Virus record (IMG/VR): IMGVR_UViG_3300047553_000177
Span: 4,686-68,685 of that record
DNA from: a virus
Lineage: Duplodnaviria > Caudoviricetes
DNA length: 64,000 nt
Direction: 5' to 3' (one strand)
A model generated the notes under the pieces. The model had not been told where the DNA came from and did no database searches. It was given only the letters and a program-made list of their open reading frames with translations. This document shows, one piece after another, positions 27,859 through 36,527 of this stretch (positions are counted from its first letter, which is position 1; every line of letters starts with the position of its first letter). Made by a program: the position numbers and the translations under genes.

Positions 27859-27931
27859 TTTTCCACTAAGCCATAGGGGGGTTGGGGATTATTTTCCACT
27901 AAAGGGCTGATTCTGGTGAATATTTTCCACA
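27859..27931 (+). repeat. three DnaA-box-like direct repeats TTTTCCAC(T/A)
   Basis: At 27859, 27892 and 27923 (spacing 33 and 31 nt), in the strand-switch intergenic region. Confidence 0.6.
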
Positions 27932-27970
27932 ATAGCTGTCGCAAAAGTTTACTATACTTTCCCCCAAGCA

Positions 27971-28124
27971 TGTCACAATTTTTAAAATATTTGTGACAGA
28001 TGTGGTTTTTAACATCTACCTAATATATACCCGTTAGGAGTACTTGGTATAATACCTAAAGGTATAATGTACCCTATAGGGTATCGGAAGAGCTTGTAAC
28101 ATTTTTACCTTGTTTTTGTTACAA
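27971..28124. repeat. cluster of palindromes / inverted repeats
   Basis: TGTCACAA-N12-TTGTGACA, AGATGT-N8-ACATCT, ATACCT-AA-AGGTAT, TACCCTATAGGGTA, TTGTAACA...TGTTACAA. Confidence 0.6.
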
Positions 28125-28150
28125 AAAGTATAAAGTTAAGATAGCTTGCT

Positions 28151-28158
28151 TATATTTG
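28151..28158 (+). promoter_or_regulatory. TAnnTTTG -7 promoter element
   Basis: TATATTTG, 4 nt before the ATG at 28163. Confidence 0.65.
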
Positions 28159-28162
28159 TCAA

Positions 28163-28312
28163 ATGAGACAAGAGGAGTTTTTATTTTTAAGATCACAGGT
28201 TAGAGCATTTCACCCTGACTGGACTGACGAACAAGTTAATGAGGAGTGCAACAAAATCTTATCTGGGGAGTATAATGAAAATGAAGACTCTTGTTTATAT
28301 TGTGGAAGCTAA
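28163..28312 (+). CDS. 49-aa acidic protein with C-terminal CxxCGS (not in the ORF track)
   Basis: MRQEEFLFLRSQVRAFHPDWTDEQVNEECNKILSGEYNENEDSCLYCGS, with its own promoter. Confidence 0.65.
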   Translation: MRQEEFLFLRSQVRAFHPDWTDEQVNEECNKILSGEYNENEDSCLYCGS

Positions 28313-28324
28313 ACCAAAAATGCT

Positions 28325-28492
28325 ATGAAATTTCAAACATTCTCTTACAAGACCTATGGAACTAAAAAGTTCGGGGTTATGTTCTATTCTAACCTTAAAG
28401 GGTATGGAGTAAAAGTATACTTCAATAGGACTGTGGGGGTATTAATTTTAGAAACAAATGGCAAAAGTAAAACAAACACAGACAACGTTTAA
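28325..28492 (+). CDS. 55-aa hypothetical protein (not in the ORF track)
   Basis: MKFQTFSYKTYG...NTDNV, fills the gap between two small ORFs. Confidence 0.45.
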   Translation: MKFQTFSYKTYGTKKFGVMFYSNLKGYGVKVYFNRTVGVLILETNGKSKTNTDNV

Positions 28493-28595
28493 AGCTAAAC
28501 CAAAAGTTAAGAGACCTGGGATTCATGCTAAAACTAAACACTCAAAGTTGAAAACTTCTAAGCATTATCACAAACTTTCAGTTGGACAAGGGTAA
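28458..28595 (+). CDS. 45-aa highly basic protein (not in the ORF track)
   Basis: MAKVKQTQTTFKAKPKVKRPGIHAKTKHSKLKTSKHYHKLSVGQG. Confidence 0.65.
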   Translation: MAKVKQTQTTFKAKPKVKRPGIHAKTKHSKLKTSKHYHKLSVGQG

Positions 28596-28605
28596 TAAAT
28601 TTAAC

Positions 28606-28613
28606 TATATTTG
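28606..28613 (+). promoter_or_regulatory. TAnnTTTG -7 promoter element driving a non-coding region
   Basis: TATATTTG, 4 nt before the start of a closing helix. No downstream ATG ORF. Confidence 0.6.
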
Positions 28614-28617
28614 CATC

Positions 28618-28862
28618 TGCAACCGTAATCCTAAACGATCACCCCTGAGGTAACCAAAGTAGGGGGTCAGAAGTCGGGTTCTATTTCTATCGACATAGTT
28701 AGAAAAAGTTGTCCCCGATAGTTGCAAAAATGGAATTGATATAAGATACTGGGGAGGGTTAAAACTATAGGCTGACAGAAATGTTCCTCCGAAGGCTAAA
28801 GACGGCAGTAATCTAAAGGTCAATTTAAAACACAAAAAATTCCAAGGGGATAGGTGTATCCA
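28618..28862 (+). ncRNA. putative structured ncRNA of about 245 nt
   Basis: Helices TGCAAC/GTTGCA, CCCCT/AGGGG, TCGGG/CCCGA, TGGAATT/AATTCCA, GGAGG/CCTCC, GGATA/TATCC. GC-richer than its flanks and has its own promoter. Confidence 0.55.
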
Positions 28863-28890
28863 ATCGATAAATTTTATAATTTAGCAGAAT

Positions 28891-29118
28891 ATGCCTACTT
28901 ACATTCAAACTGGGATTTATCAGCCTCCCTTCACAAAAGAAGAAGACTCTGAGCAAGCAGTCGTTTATATTGATGACAAAGTCATTCAAATACTAGACGA
29001 TAAAGATGAGCTCGTTGTACAATTCACATATGAAGAGCTTAGAGGCATCATGGCCATCATGGCTGCTGAACAAGAGAAATCTCATTTGTGGATACAGGCT
29101 ATAGCTAGAAATAACTAA
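28891..29118 (+). CDS. hypothetical protein
   Basis: 75 aa. TAATG coupling to the next gene. Confidence 0.6.
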   Translation: MPTYIQTGIYQPPFTKEEDSEQAVVYIDDKVIQILDDKDELVVQFTYEELRGIMAIMAAEQEKSHLWIQAIARNN

Positions 29119-30659
29119 TGGATACTTATAAGTTTAATAAAGATACTGTCCCTACTACAAAATCTACTGTTAGTATCCGTTCTTTAATAGATGTAGAGGA
29201 GAATGGGGGTAACACAGAGATAGTTGATGGGATAAAAAACAATCAAGTACTTGTTGCACAAGCTTACTACAGGTCCCCAGGAGTATTAGATAAAGTTAAG
29301 TCATTCAGATTCAAGTACTTAGATGATGTAATCAAAGCTGGGTCTGGAATAACAGTAACACAGTCTAACGGAGAGATTACAATAGCAACATCTGGGGGTA
29401 GTTATGTCCCATATACTGGGGCTACTGGAAACGTTGATCTTGGGGAATACGAACTAAAAGCTGGACAAATAGAATTCGATCAAACCCCAACTGGAACTGC
29501 TGGTGTAGCAGTAATGAGATGGAATGATACAGATGGGACAGTGGATGTGGGAATGAAAGGTGGTAATGTAACTCTTCAAGTAGGACAAGAACAACTTGCT
29601 AGAGTAGTAAATAAAGTAGGATCAGACTTACTCGAAGCTAATTATCAAGCAGTTAGGGTTAGATTAGTATCTGAGGGTGGAGCAGCAGGGCAAAGACTTG
29701 CAGTTGTACTTGCTCAAGCTAATAATGATACTAACTCAGCAACAACAATAGGGATTGTAACAGAGACAATACTCAATAACCAAGAAGGATTTGTAACAAC
29801 ATCAGGGGTAGTAAGAGAAATCGACACAACTGGTAGCCTACAAGGGGAGACTTGGGTTGATGGGGATATACTTTATCTAAGTGGGACAACAGCTGGTCAG
29901 CTAACTAACATTAAACCATCAGCCCCAACACATACAATCATTATAGGCTTTGTAGAATATGCTCATGCTAATCATGGGAAGATATTTGTAAAGGTAGATA
30001 ATGGTTATGAAATTGATGAACTACATAACGTAAACATCTCATCCCCAACAACTAACGATATACTTCAGTATAATGCTAGTAATCTTTGGGTAAATACATC
30101 ACTATCATCAGCAGGAATTGAACCAACTATAACATCAGGAACAACTCTACAGTATTTCAGAGGTGACAAAACTTGGGACACATTACCAATTCAGAACTTC
30201 CAAACAACAACTGATGGTACTGCGGTAACTGGTACAACAACTGGTACATTAACTGCATCAGTTTTAATTCCAGCCAACACTGTTAGCACGGGAGATTTAT
30301 TGTACATCAAGACAAGAATCAGGAAAACAGGAACAGCTGGAACGGTAACAACACGTATGTATATCAACACAAGTAGTGCAATTGGTGGATCGTTGATAGC
30401 AACATCTGCAACTGCGGTAGCATCTTCTTTATATTTTCAATATGCAAGAACATTAGCAGTTAAATCAGCAACGAATACCGAATCAATGGCAGGTAACTTA
30501 AACGTTAATGCTGATGACAATTTATCTGTTACAACTGCGGTCAGTGCATCGAATATCGATTGGACTGTAGATCAGTACTTAGTTGTGGCATTAACAAATG
30601 GCTCAACTGCTGATACATCAAGAAGTTCATTTATTCACGTTCAAATCAATAAGCCATAA
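29118..30659 (+). CDS. tail fibre / structural fibre protein
   Basis: Thr/Gly-rich beta-type protein with YVPYTGATGNVDLG, GDILYLS, LHNVNI and YFRGDKTW fibre-like segments. Confidence 0.6.
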   Translation: MDTYKFNKDTVPTTKSTVSIRSLIDVEENGGNTEIVDGIKNNQVLVAQAYYRSPGVLDKVKSFRFKYLDDVIKAGSGITVTQSNGEITIATSGGSYVPYTGATGNVDLGEYELKAGQIEFDQTPTGTAGVAVMRWNDTDGTVDVGMKGGNVTLQVGQEQLARVVNKVGSDLLEANYQAVRVRLVSEGGAAGQRLAVVLAQANNDTNSATTIGIVTETILNNQEGFVTTSGVVREIDTTGSLQGETWVDGDILYLSGTTAGQLTNIKPSAPTHTIIIGFVEYAHANHGKIFVKVDNGYEIDELHNVNISSPTTNDILQYNASNLWVNTSLSSAGIEPTITSGTTLQYFRGDKTWDTLPIQNFQTTTDGTAVTGTTTGTLTASVLIPANTVSTGDLLYIKTRIRKTGTAGTVTTRMYINTSSAIGGSLIATSATAVASSLYFQYARTLAVKSATNTESMAGNLNVNADDNLSVTTAVSASNIDWTVDQYLVVALTNGSTADTSRSSFIHVQINKP

Positions 30660-30859
30660 TGGAAATAATTACCTACATAGATGGTTTAGTTACATATAGA
30701 GGATACGATTATCCATACGAATCTTGTGAAAAAATAGATGACATATGTGTTCACATCTCAATGGGTGCAGGGGTATATGCAATCACTGCAGGCAACACAG
30801 TCATTAACAATGTGCTATGTAACTCAGCTGACGAAATTATTGCTATATTTGAAGCATGA
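30659..30859 (+). CDS. hypothetical protein (possible fibre chaperone)
   Basis: 66 aa, coupled to the genes on both sides. Confidence 0.55.
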   Translation: MEIITYIDGLVTYRGYDYPYESCEKIDDICVHISMGAGVYAITAGNTVINNVLCNSADEIIAIFEA

Positions 30860-31404
30860 AAAAATATTCTTACACAGAACTAGAAGCAGAGTTCAAGAGA
30901 TTAGGTTACTCTTGGCCAGACTTCCATCTTATTGGTATTAGATCTAAAGCTAATGTCAATAACAAATTTGATGATCAGTTTTATATAGTACAAGGACCAT
31001 TACTACATGATCCTGTTACTTGTACCACTAATCCAGGTAGACACTGGTTGTTAAACTTCATGAACCCTAAGGGTACCGCAGTACTTAAGCCGGGTCAGTA
31101 TCTAGACACATGGAAACTAGGTTTACACAGAGGTAAATATGAAGCTTTAGTACAACGTAAACCTATTACAGTTTACCGTGACACTGACAAAGACGAGACT
31201 GCTGAAGAACAAGGTATAGAAGATACTGGTTTATTTGGTGTTAATATACACCGTGCTAATCCATCAGCTATAAGTTCACTTATCGAGAAGTGGTCAGCAG
31301 GATGTCAAGTACTAAATAACCCAAAAGACTTTGCTAAGTTAATCAAGCTTTGTAAAGATTCAGGACTTAAAGACTTTACTTACACCCTATTAAGAGAGTT
31401 CTAA
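30856..31404 (+). CDS. putative endolysin with YkuD/L,D-transpeptidase-like catalytic motif
   Basis: GVNIHRA...WSAGCQV (H...SxGC), directly upstream of holin- and spanin-like genes. Confidence 0.65.
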   Translation: MKKYSYTELEAEFKRLGYSWPDFHLIGIRSKANVNNKFDDQFYIVQGPLLHDPVTCTTNPGRHWLLNFMNPKGTAVLKPGQYLDTWKLGLHRGKYEALVQRKPITVYRDTDKDETAEEQGIEDTGLFGVNIHRANPSAISSLIEKWSAGCQVLNNPKDFAKLIKLCKDSGLKDFTYTLLREF

Positions 31405-31658
31405 TGAAGAAGTGGATACTATCTATATTAAGTAAGGACGGAGATCAAAGTTCTAAAAGACTTGTAGGTCTCTACTGTATCCTTACTGGATCAATCTTAG
31501 CATGGGTAGCTACATTCTCAGAGTACAAAACCCCCGAGTATATGTATAACACTATAATGTTTATAGGAGGTGGAGTATTTGTAGGAACTATGTTAGAAGG
31601 AGTGTTTACTCAAAAGATAAATCTATCTAAACCTAAAGAAGATGAGCAAACCAATTAG
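31404..31658 (+). CDS. putative holin
   Basis: 84 aa, SSKR followed by two TM helices and a charged C-terminus. Confidence 0.6.
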   Translation: MKKWILSILSKDGDQSSKRLVGLYCILTGSILAWVATFSEYKTPEYMYNTIMFIGGGVFVGTMLEGVFTQKINLSKPKEDEQTN

Positions 31659-32007
31659 TTATAAAATTGCACTACAAGGAATTACATTATCAATAATAAT
31701 ATTCTTAATAGCAGTATTAATCGGGTTAGTATCACAACTTAAACAGAAAAAAGAGGAGAAAGAAAAAATACAAGCTAAACTAAAAGTAATATCAGATTTG
31801 TATGAGCTCAAAATTGACTCCATCAAGACTATGCACATTATAGACAGTCTAGCCTTTAATGATAGTATCAACAAATACAAGATACTAGCAAATGCAAACC
31901 TCATAATAACAATTAAAAAAGATAGAGATGAAGTCATTGGTCGTATTTCTACTGCTGATAACGATGAACGTGATCAGCTATGGGCAACTTACTCCCCAAA
32001 GAATTAA
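31642..32007 (+). CDS. putative inner-membrane spanin (Rz-like)
   Basis: N-terminal TM plus coiled coil, located in the lysis cassette. Confidence 0.5.
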   Translation: MSKPISYKIALQGITLSIIIFLIAVLIGLVSQLKQKKEEKEKIQAKLKVISDLYELKIDSIKTMHIIDSLAFNDSINKYKILANANLIITIKKDRDEVIGRISTADNDERDQLWATYSPKN

Positions 32008-32374
32008 CTATAACAATCAAGCTGGGGTATTCTTTACAACCAAGCAAGAAGAGGCATTGCTAAAAGCAATGGTAGAATTTGATGCTTGCAAAAAAAGTGA
32101 ATTCATACTTAAGCAAAATGTTAATACCTACGAGATAAGACTAGCAGATAAAGACTTGGCAATCAATAAGTTAACTGACTCATATGTTAAATGTCAAGAC
32201 TCAAGTAAAGCAAATCTTGAGAAGATTGGGGAATTACAAGTAGAAATAGACAACATAAATATTGACCTTGCCAATACACAAGAAGATTTAACTACATACA
32301 AAATCTCTACTGGGGTATTTGTGTTTACTACTACTCTATTCATTACTACAACTGTATTAGCTCTAATTAAATAA
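31928..32374 (+). CDS. putative second spanin-like component
   Basis: Overlaps the previous gene. Signal peptide, coiled coil and C-terminal hydrophobic helix. Confidence 0.45.
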   Translation: MKSLVVFLLLITMNVISYGQLTPQRINYNNQAGVFFTTKQEEALLKAMVEFDACKKSEFILKQNVNTYEIRLADKDLAINKLTDSYVKCQDSSKANLEKIGELQVEIDNINIDLANTQEDLTTYKISTGVFVFTTTLFITTTVLALIK

Positions 32375-32378
32375 AAAA

Positions 32379-32411
32379 TTTGGTTATATAAGAGATCTTG
32401 TTATACATTTG
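32379..32411 (+). promoter_or_regulatory. complete Bacteroidota housekeeping-sigma promoter (TTTG-N21-TACATTTG)
   Basis: -33 TTTG at 32379 and -7 TACATTTG at 32404. Confidence 0.75.
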
Positions 32412-32426
32412 CAAAAAGCAAATCAA

Positions 32427-32714
32427 ATGAACAAGATTAATTTCGAACCTAGCCGTGATTGGATAGTTCTTCCAATCCCTACGAAAACAACAACTGATGC
32501 AGGTATTATCTTAACTGGAAAATCTGCAGATTCTTTAAGGTCTAACATTCTAGAAGTATTAGCTGCAGGTCCTGACTGTAAATACAGTGTTGGGGATATT
32601 GTATATATTCACCCAGCTTCTGAAGGATTGATTATAGAAATCGATGGATCAGAGTACATCATGGTTAATGAATCAATGGCTGTAGTAGGGAGAGTATCTA
32701 AAACATCTAAGTAA
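32427..32714 (+). CDS. groES: co-chaperonin GroES (Cpn10)-like
   Basis: FEPSRDWIV, TTDAGIIL, EVLAAGP, VGDIV, IDGSEYIMVNE. Confidence 0.85.
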   Translation: MNKINFEPSRDWIVLPIPTKTTTDAGIILTGKSADSLRSNILEVLAAGPDCKYSVGDIVYIHPASEGLIIEIDGSEYIMVNESMAVVGRVSKTSK

Positions 32715-32977
32715 TGAACGGAACAGTAACAATTAGTTTAAGTGACTATGAGTTATTGAAAAATCAATCTTCTGCAGGAAAGCAAACAGCATTAGATGTT
32801 GTAAAAGCTGCAAAAGAAATAGAGGTATTCCTAACATTCCTAGTCACAAGAGAAAATATTGAAGAATATATATCTGAATTTAACTCATACTCAAAGACTT
32901 GTAAAATAGAAATGGTTGATGGTAGAGCTAAAATAAAGTTTATAGATAAAACAACTTTTGAAAATGAGGAAGATTAA
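32714..32977 (+). CDS. hypothetical protein
   Basis: 87 aa, TVTISLSDYELLK. Confidence 0.6.
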   Translation: MNGTVTISLSDYELLKNQSSAGKQTALDVVKAAKEIEVFLTFLVTRENIEEYISEFNSYSKTCKIEMVDGRAKIKFIDKTTFENEED

Positions 32978-33281
32978 CATTAACACAGACTCAACTCTAA
33001 AGTTCATACAAGTATTCAACGGCATACTAGAGTTGACGGACACGGAGATGCAGGTTCTATCTTCTCTAATTGATAATAGAGAGACAGTAAACCTATGCTC
33101 TCCAGCTAATAAGAGAAAAGTAGCAGAAACTTTAAACATTAAAGACCACAATACACTTAATAACTATGTCAAAAGACTGAAAGATAAGGGAGCTATTGTA
33201 ATGACTAAGAATGGGTATGAGTTATCTAAACTTTTAAATAAAGAAGCTGCACAAATAATCATAACACCTACAGATCTATGA
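32964..33281 (+). CDS. winged-helix DNA-binding protein
   Basis: LTDTEMQVL...KVAETLNI...LNNYVKRLKDKGAI. Confidence 0.65.
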   Translation: MRKININTDSTLKFIQVFNGILELTDTEMQVLSSLIDNRETVNLCSPANKRKVAETLNIKDHNTLNNYVKRLKDKGAIVMTKNGYELSKLLNKEAAQIIITPTDL

Positions 33282-33607
33282 ACATTTTTAAGAAAGCATG
33301 GAACTTTACTAAAGCAGCGGCTGAATTCTTAAAAGAAGGGCAGCCAATTGTAGAAGAAGCTGTGTACAATAAAAGAATGAAGGCCTGTTTAGAGTGCCCT
33401 AATCTTGCAGAAGACAATACCTGTAACCTATGTGGGTGCTTTATGCCTAGAAAAGCTGGATGGGCTACATCATTTTGTGTAGATTCCCCAAGAAAATGGG
33501 ATAAAGAGATTATAGGAAAAAATGGTAAAAAGATAGACCTACGAAATGCAAAAGGAAAAGATAATAATACAGAAGCTAGCAACAAAGTACAACCTACCTC
33601 TGAATAA
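33278..33607 (+). CDS. Cys-rich Zn-binding protein (DUF6171-like)
   Basis: R..ACLEC...CNLCGC...K......C....KW. Confidence 0.6.
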   Translation: MNIFKKAWNFTKAAAEFLKEGQPIVEEAVYNKRMKACLECPNLAEDNTCNLCGCFMPRKAGWATSFCVDSPRKWDKEIIGKNGKKIDLRNAKGKDNNTEASNKVQPTSE

Positions 33608-33785
33608 AATAGAGGAGATAGTTTACTTTCAATTCAAGTATGCAGCTAAAATTATCAAACAAGGTGATTTTGAGACAGTTAGACTACCATATTTTGGAAA
33701 ATTTCATGCAAAAAAGTCTAGAATTGCTCACATAAACGAACTAAAAAGAAGGAAAAATGAAAGACTTGCTAACGGTAAACAATAA
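33546..33785 (+). CDS. HU/IHF-like DNA-binding protein
   Basis: IIQKLATKYNL...VRLPYFGKFHAK. Confidence 0.7.
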   Translation: MQKEKIIIQKLATKYNLPLNKIEEIVYFQFKYAAKIIKQGDFETVRLPYFGKFHAKKSRIAHINELKRRKNERLANGKQ

Positions 33786-34254
33786 CGTAGTTATACCATC
33801 ACCATATGCATTGACTATCCCTGAATTTGAGAAGTTATCTGTAAAAGAACTAAGCTTTGTCTACTTCTATACTGATCATAGGTCTAACTATGCAGCTTAT
33901 GAAGAAGATGAGAGAAGAGAAGTATTATCAAAAGATTTGCAGATAAAAGTAAACCCTAAAATTGCAACAGCAGTAGATAAATATAAAGAACTATCTGATA
34001 CTCATGCAATTAAGCTTCTTAAATCTGGAAGATTAGCTGTAAATAAGTTAGAACAATACTTTAAAAATATTGACCTAACAGCTATGGATGAAAATGGGAA
34101 GCTTCTTTATCAAGCCAAGGACCTAGTTGCTAATCTATCTAAGATTGGGGAGGTAATTGAAGGACTAGATAGACTTGAAGAACTCGTACAAAAGCAACAG
34201 GCCAAGGACAACCCTAACAGAGCAGGTGTAAAAACAAACAAATATAGTGAATAA
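33757..34254 (+). CDS. putative terminase small subunit
   Basis: Helical 165-aa protein two genes upstream of TerL. Called from position. Confidence 0.4.
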   Translation: MKDLLTVNNNVVIPSPYALTIPEFEKLSVKELSFVYFYTDHRSNYAAYEEDERREVLSKDLQIKVNPKIATAVDKYKELSDTHAIKLLKSGRLAVNKLEQYFKNIDLTAMDENGKLLYQAKDLVANLSKIGEVIEGLDRLEELVQKQQAKDNPNRAGVKTNKYSE

Positions 34255-34496
34255 TGAATAAACCAATTATACTCCCAGTACTAGTAATGAATGAAGAGAC
34301 ATTCAGACTAAAAAAGTTAGGGCTAATAGGGGACGACTACAACTATGACTCAGAAGAGATGATATTTTACAATATCGACGCTGTTGCCGTATCTTCTGTA
34401 AGTTCAGATATGACTGAAATATGGGTAGGAGGCAAAGTATTGCAATGCCCTATGAAATTAAGAGCTGTTAGAGATAAAATAGAAAATGTTAAGTAA
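34254..34496 (+). CDS. hypothetical protein
   Basis: 80 aa, overlaps the TerL start. Confidence 0.55.
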   Translation: MNKPIILPVLVMNEETFRLKKLGLIGDDYNYDSEEMIFYNIDAVAVSSVSSDMTEIWVGGKVLQCPMKLRAVRDKIENVK

Positions 34497-36453
34497 TACT
34501 CATTTATTTAGTCCAGCTGCAAACCAGTATAAAGAATATGGTTTTTATACTGATTCACTACCTGGTACTAAACAATACTATGAATATTGGGATGAAGAGC
34601 AGAGAAGATGTCTTCATGGATACGAAGTTAATGGGGTTAGAATATCTGGTTTTCATTACTTCTATCTAAACTATTGCCCAATAGATAGGATTATAGATGA
34701 AGAACAACCTGACGGGGAGATAATCTCTCGTCGTGATAGAAGCTTCCCTGCATTTTACGATGGGGACTATGAATACTTCTTAGCAATAGATAAAGCTAGA
34801 AGAGAGAACAAACATATGATAGTCTTAAAAGCTAGACGTAAAGGGTTTTCTTACAAAGCTGCAGCTATGCTATGTAGAAATTACTTTCATATTAGGAATT
34901 CTAAAAACTTTGTATTTGCATCTGATAAGCAATACTTAGTTGGAGATGGTATGCTATCAAAAGCTTGGGATATTGTCTCATTTGTAGATGATAATACAGC
35001 TTGGACTCAGCCACGTCTAATTGACAGAGAAATGCACAAGCAATCTGGATACAAAAAGAATGTAAATGGGGCCGATGTAACTCTTGGGTTTAAATCTCAG
35101 ATTATTGGTGTCAGTCTTAAAGACGATCCAGATAAAATCCGTGGTAAAGCAGGAGAGTTAATCTTCTTCGAAGAGGCAGGATCTTTCTCAGGGTTATTAA
35201 AAGCTTGGGAGGTAGCAATGCCTACAATGAGACAAGGTTCTAAAACACTTGGAACAATGATAGCATTTGGTACAGGTGGAGAAGAAGGAGTTGGGTTTGA
35301 CGGTATGGAAGAACTATTCTATCACCCAGAAGCTTACGACTGTTTAGGATTTGAAAACGATTGGGATGCAGGTGCTATGGGAACTTACTGTGGATTCTTT
35401 GTACCAATCTATAAAAACTTGGATGGCTTTATAGATGAAAACGGTAATAGTCTCGTAAACGAAGCTATGACCTATGAGGAAACTCAAAGAGAAAAAAAGA
35501 AAAAAGGTAATGACCCAAAAGCCTTCGATCAATATATTGCTGAACACCCCTTTACTCCACAAGAGGCTACTCTCCAAGTAACGGCTAACGTATTTGATGT
35601 AGCTTCTTTGAAAGAGCAGTACAATAAAGTAATTGCCAACAATCTCCAAAGTATAGGAGTTTGTGGTGAGATGTATTATGACACCAACGGCAAAACTAAC
35701 TTCAGGCCTAATGGCAATCTTAAACCTATTACAAAATTTCCACATAGAAAGGACGACGATTTAACTGGTTGTGTTGTTGTATATGAACCACCATTCAAAA
35801 CTGAGAAAGAAGGATTTACCCCGAAGAATCTGTACATAATATGTCATGACCCTTATGCTCAAGGTAAATCAGCGTCTGCAAGTTCTCTTGGTGCTGCATA
35901 TGTTATAAAAGTCCCTAACAATATATCTAAACCAGATGATATTATTGTGGCCTCTTATGTAGGTCGTCCACAATCACAGGATGAATACAACCGTAATCTC
36001 TTCATGCTTGCAGAATACTACAATGCAAAGATAGGGTTTGAGAACGATAGAGGAGAAGTAATTCCGTATGCAAAACGATTTAGGAAGATGCATTTACTGC
36101 AAGAAGAGTTTGAAATGCTGGATAAACGTGAACTTAGGAGTAAGACTGTAAAAAGACAGTACGGTATGCACATGACTGAGCAACGTAAAGCTCAAGGAGA
36201 ATTATACATCAGAGACTGGTTAGTTAGTGGTAGAGGAGTAGATGAAGAAGAAGTTGTAACTTTGAACTTGCATAAAATTTATGACCCAGCATTATTGTTA
36301 GAGCTAATCAAGTTTAACAGAAATGGAAACTTTGACCGGGCTATGGCTTTAATGATTGGGATGTACCACACTAGAGAATTGTACAATAAAGAGTTAAAAC
36401 TAGACGACTCAGACAATTCCACAAATGACTGGTTTGACAAGGTTTATAGTTAG
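34486..36453 (+). CDS. terL: terminase large subunit
   Basis: HYFYLNY, KARRKGFS (Walker A), IFFEEAG (Walker B), FGTGG, HDPY and NFDRAMA nuclease motifs. Confidence 0.92.
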   Translation: MLSNTHLFSPAANQYKEYGFYTDSLPGTKQYYEYWDEEQRRCLHGYEVNGVRISGFHYFYLNYCPIDRIIDEEQPDGEIISRRDRSFPAFYDGDYEYFLAIDKARRENKHMIVLKARRKGFSYKAAAMLCRNYFHIRNSKNFVFASDKQYLVGDGMLSKAWDIVSFVDDNTAWTQPRLIDREMHKQSGYKKNVNGADVTLGFKSQIIGVSLKDDPDKIRGKAGELIFFEEAGSFSGLLKAWEVAMPTMRQGSKTLGTMIAFGTGGEEGVGFDGMEELFYHPEAYDCLGFENDWDAGAMGTYCGFFVPIYKNLDGFIDENGNSLVNEAMTYEETQREKKKKGNDPKAFDQYIAEHPFTPQEATLQVTANVFDVASLKEQYNKVIANNLQSIGVCGEMYYDTNGKTNFRPNGNLKPITKFPHRKDDDLTGCVVVYEPPFKTEKEGFTPKNLYIICHDPYAQGKSASASSLGAAYVIKVPNNISKPDDIIVASYVGRPQSQDEYNRNLFMLAEYYNAKIGFENDRGEVIPYAKRFRKMHLLQEEFEMLDKRELRSKTVKRQYGMHMTEQRKAQGELYIRDWLVSGRGVDEEEVVTLNLHKIYDPALLLELIKFNRNGNFDRAMALMIGMYHTRELYNKELKLDDSDNSTNDWFDKVYS

Positions 36454-36522
36454 TGCTATATAATAAACATTAATATAAAAACCTTATTTTTAAAAACATT
36501 CCCTAAAAGGAAGCTAATTTTG
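36452..36522 (+). promoter_or_regulatory. late promoter of the portal gene (AGTGCTATATAATAA upstream box plus TAATTTTG)
   Basis: -7 element at 36515. The upstream box is shared with the 42552 promoter at the same spacing. Confidence 0.6.
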
Positions 36523-36527
36523 TAATA

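Noticed and set aside
27904-27916. GGGCTGATTCTGG resembling the 5' end of tmRNA
   Set aside because: Not followed by ATTCGAC, and no matching 3' tRNA-like end or tag ORF was found. Likely coincidence.
28605-28835. 76-aa ORF on the - strand (and similar ORFs 27774-27971, 25381-25569)
   Set aside because: Opposite to the local transcription direction, with atypical composition. The regions are better explained by an ncRNA, regulatory DNA or an opposite-strand gene.
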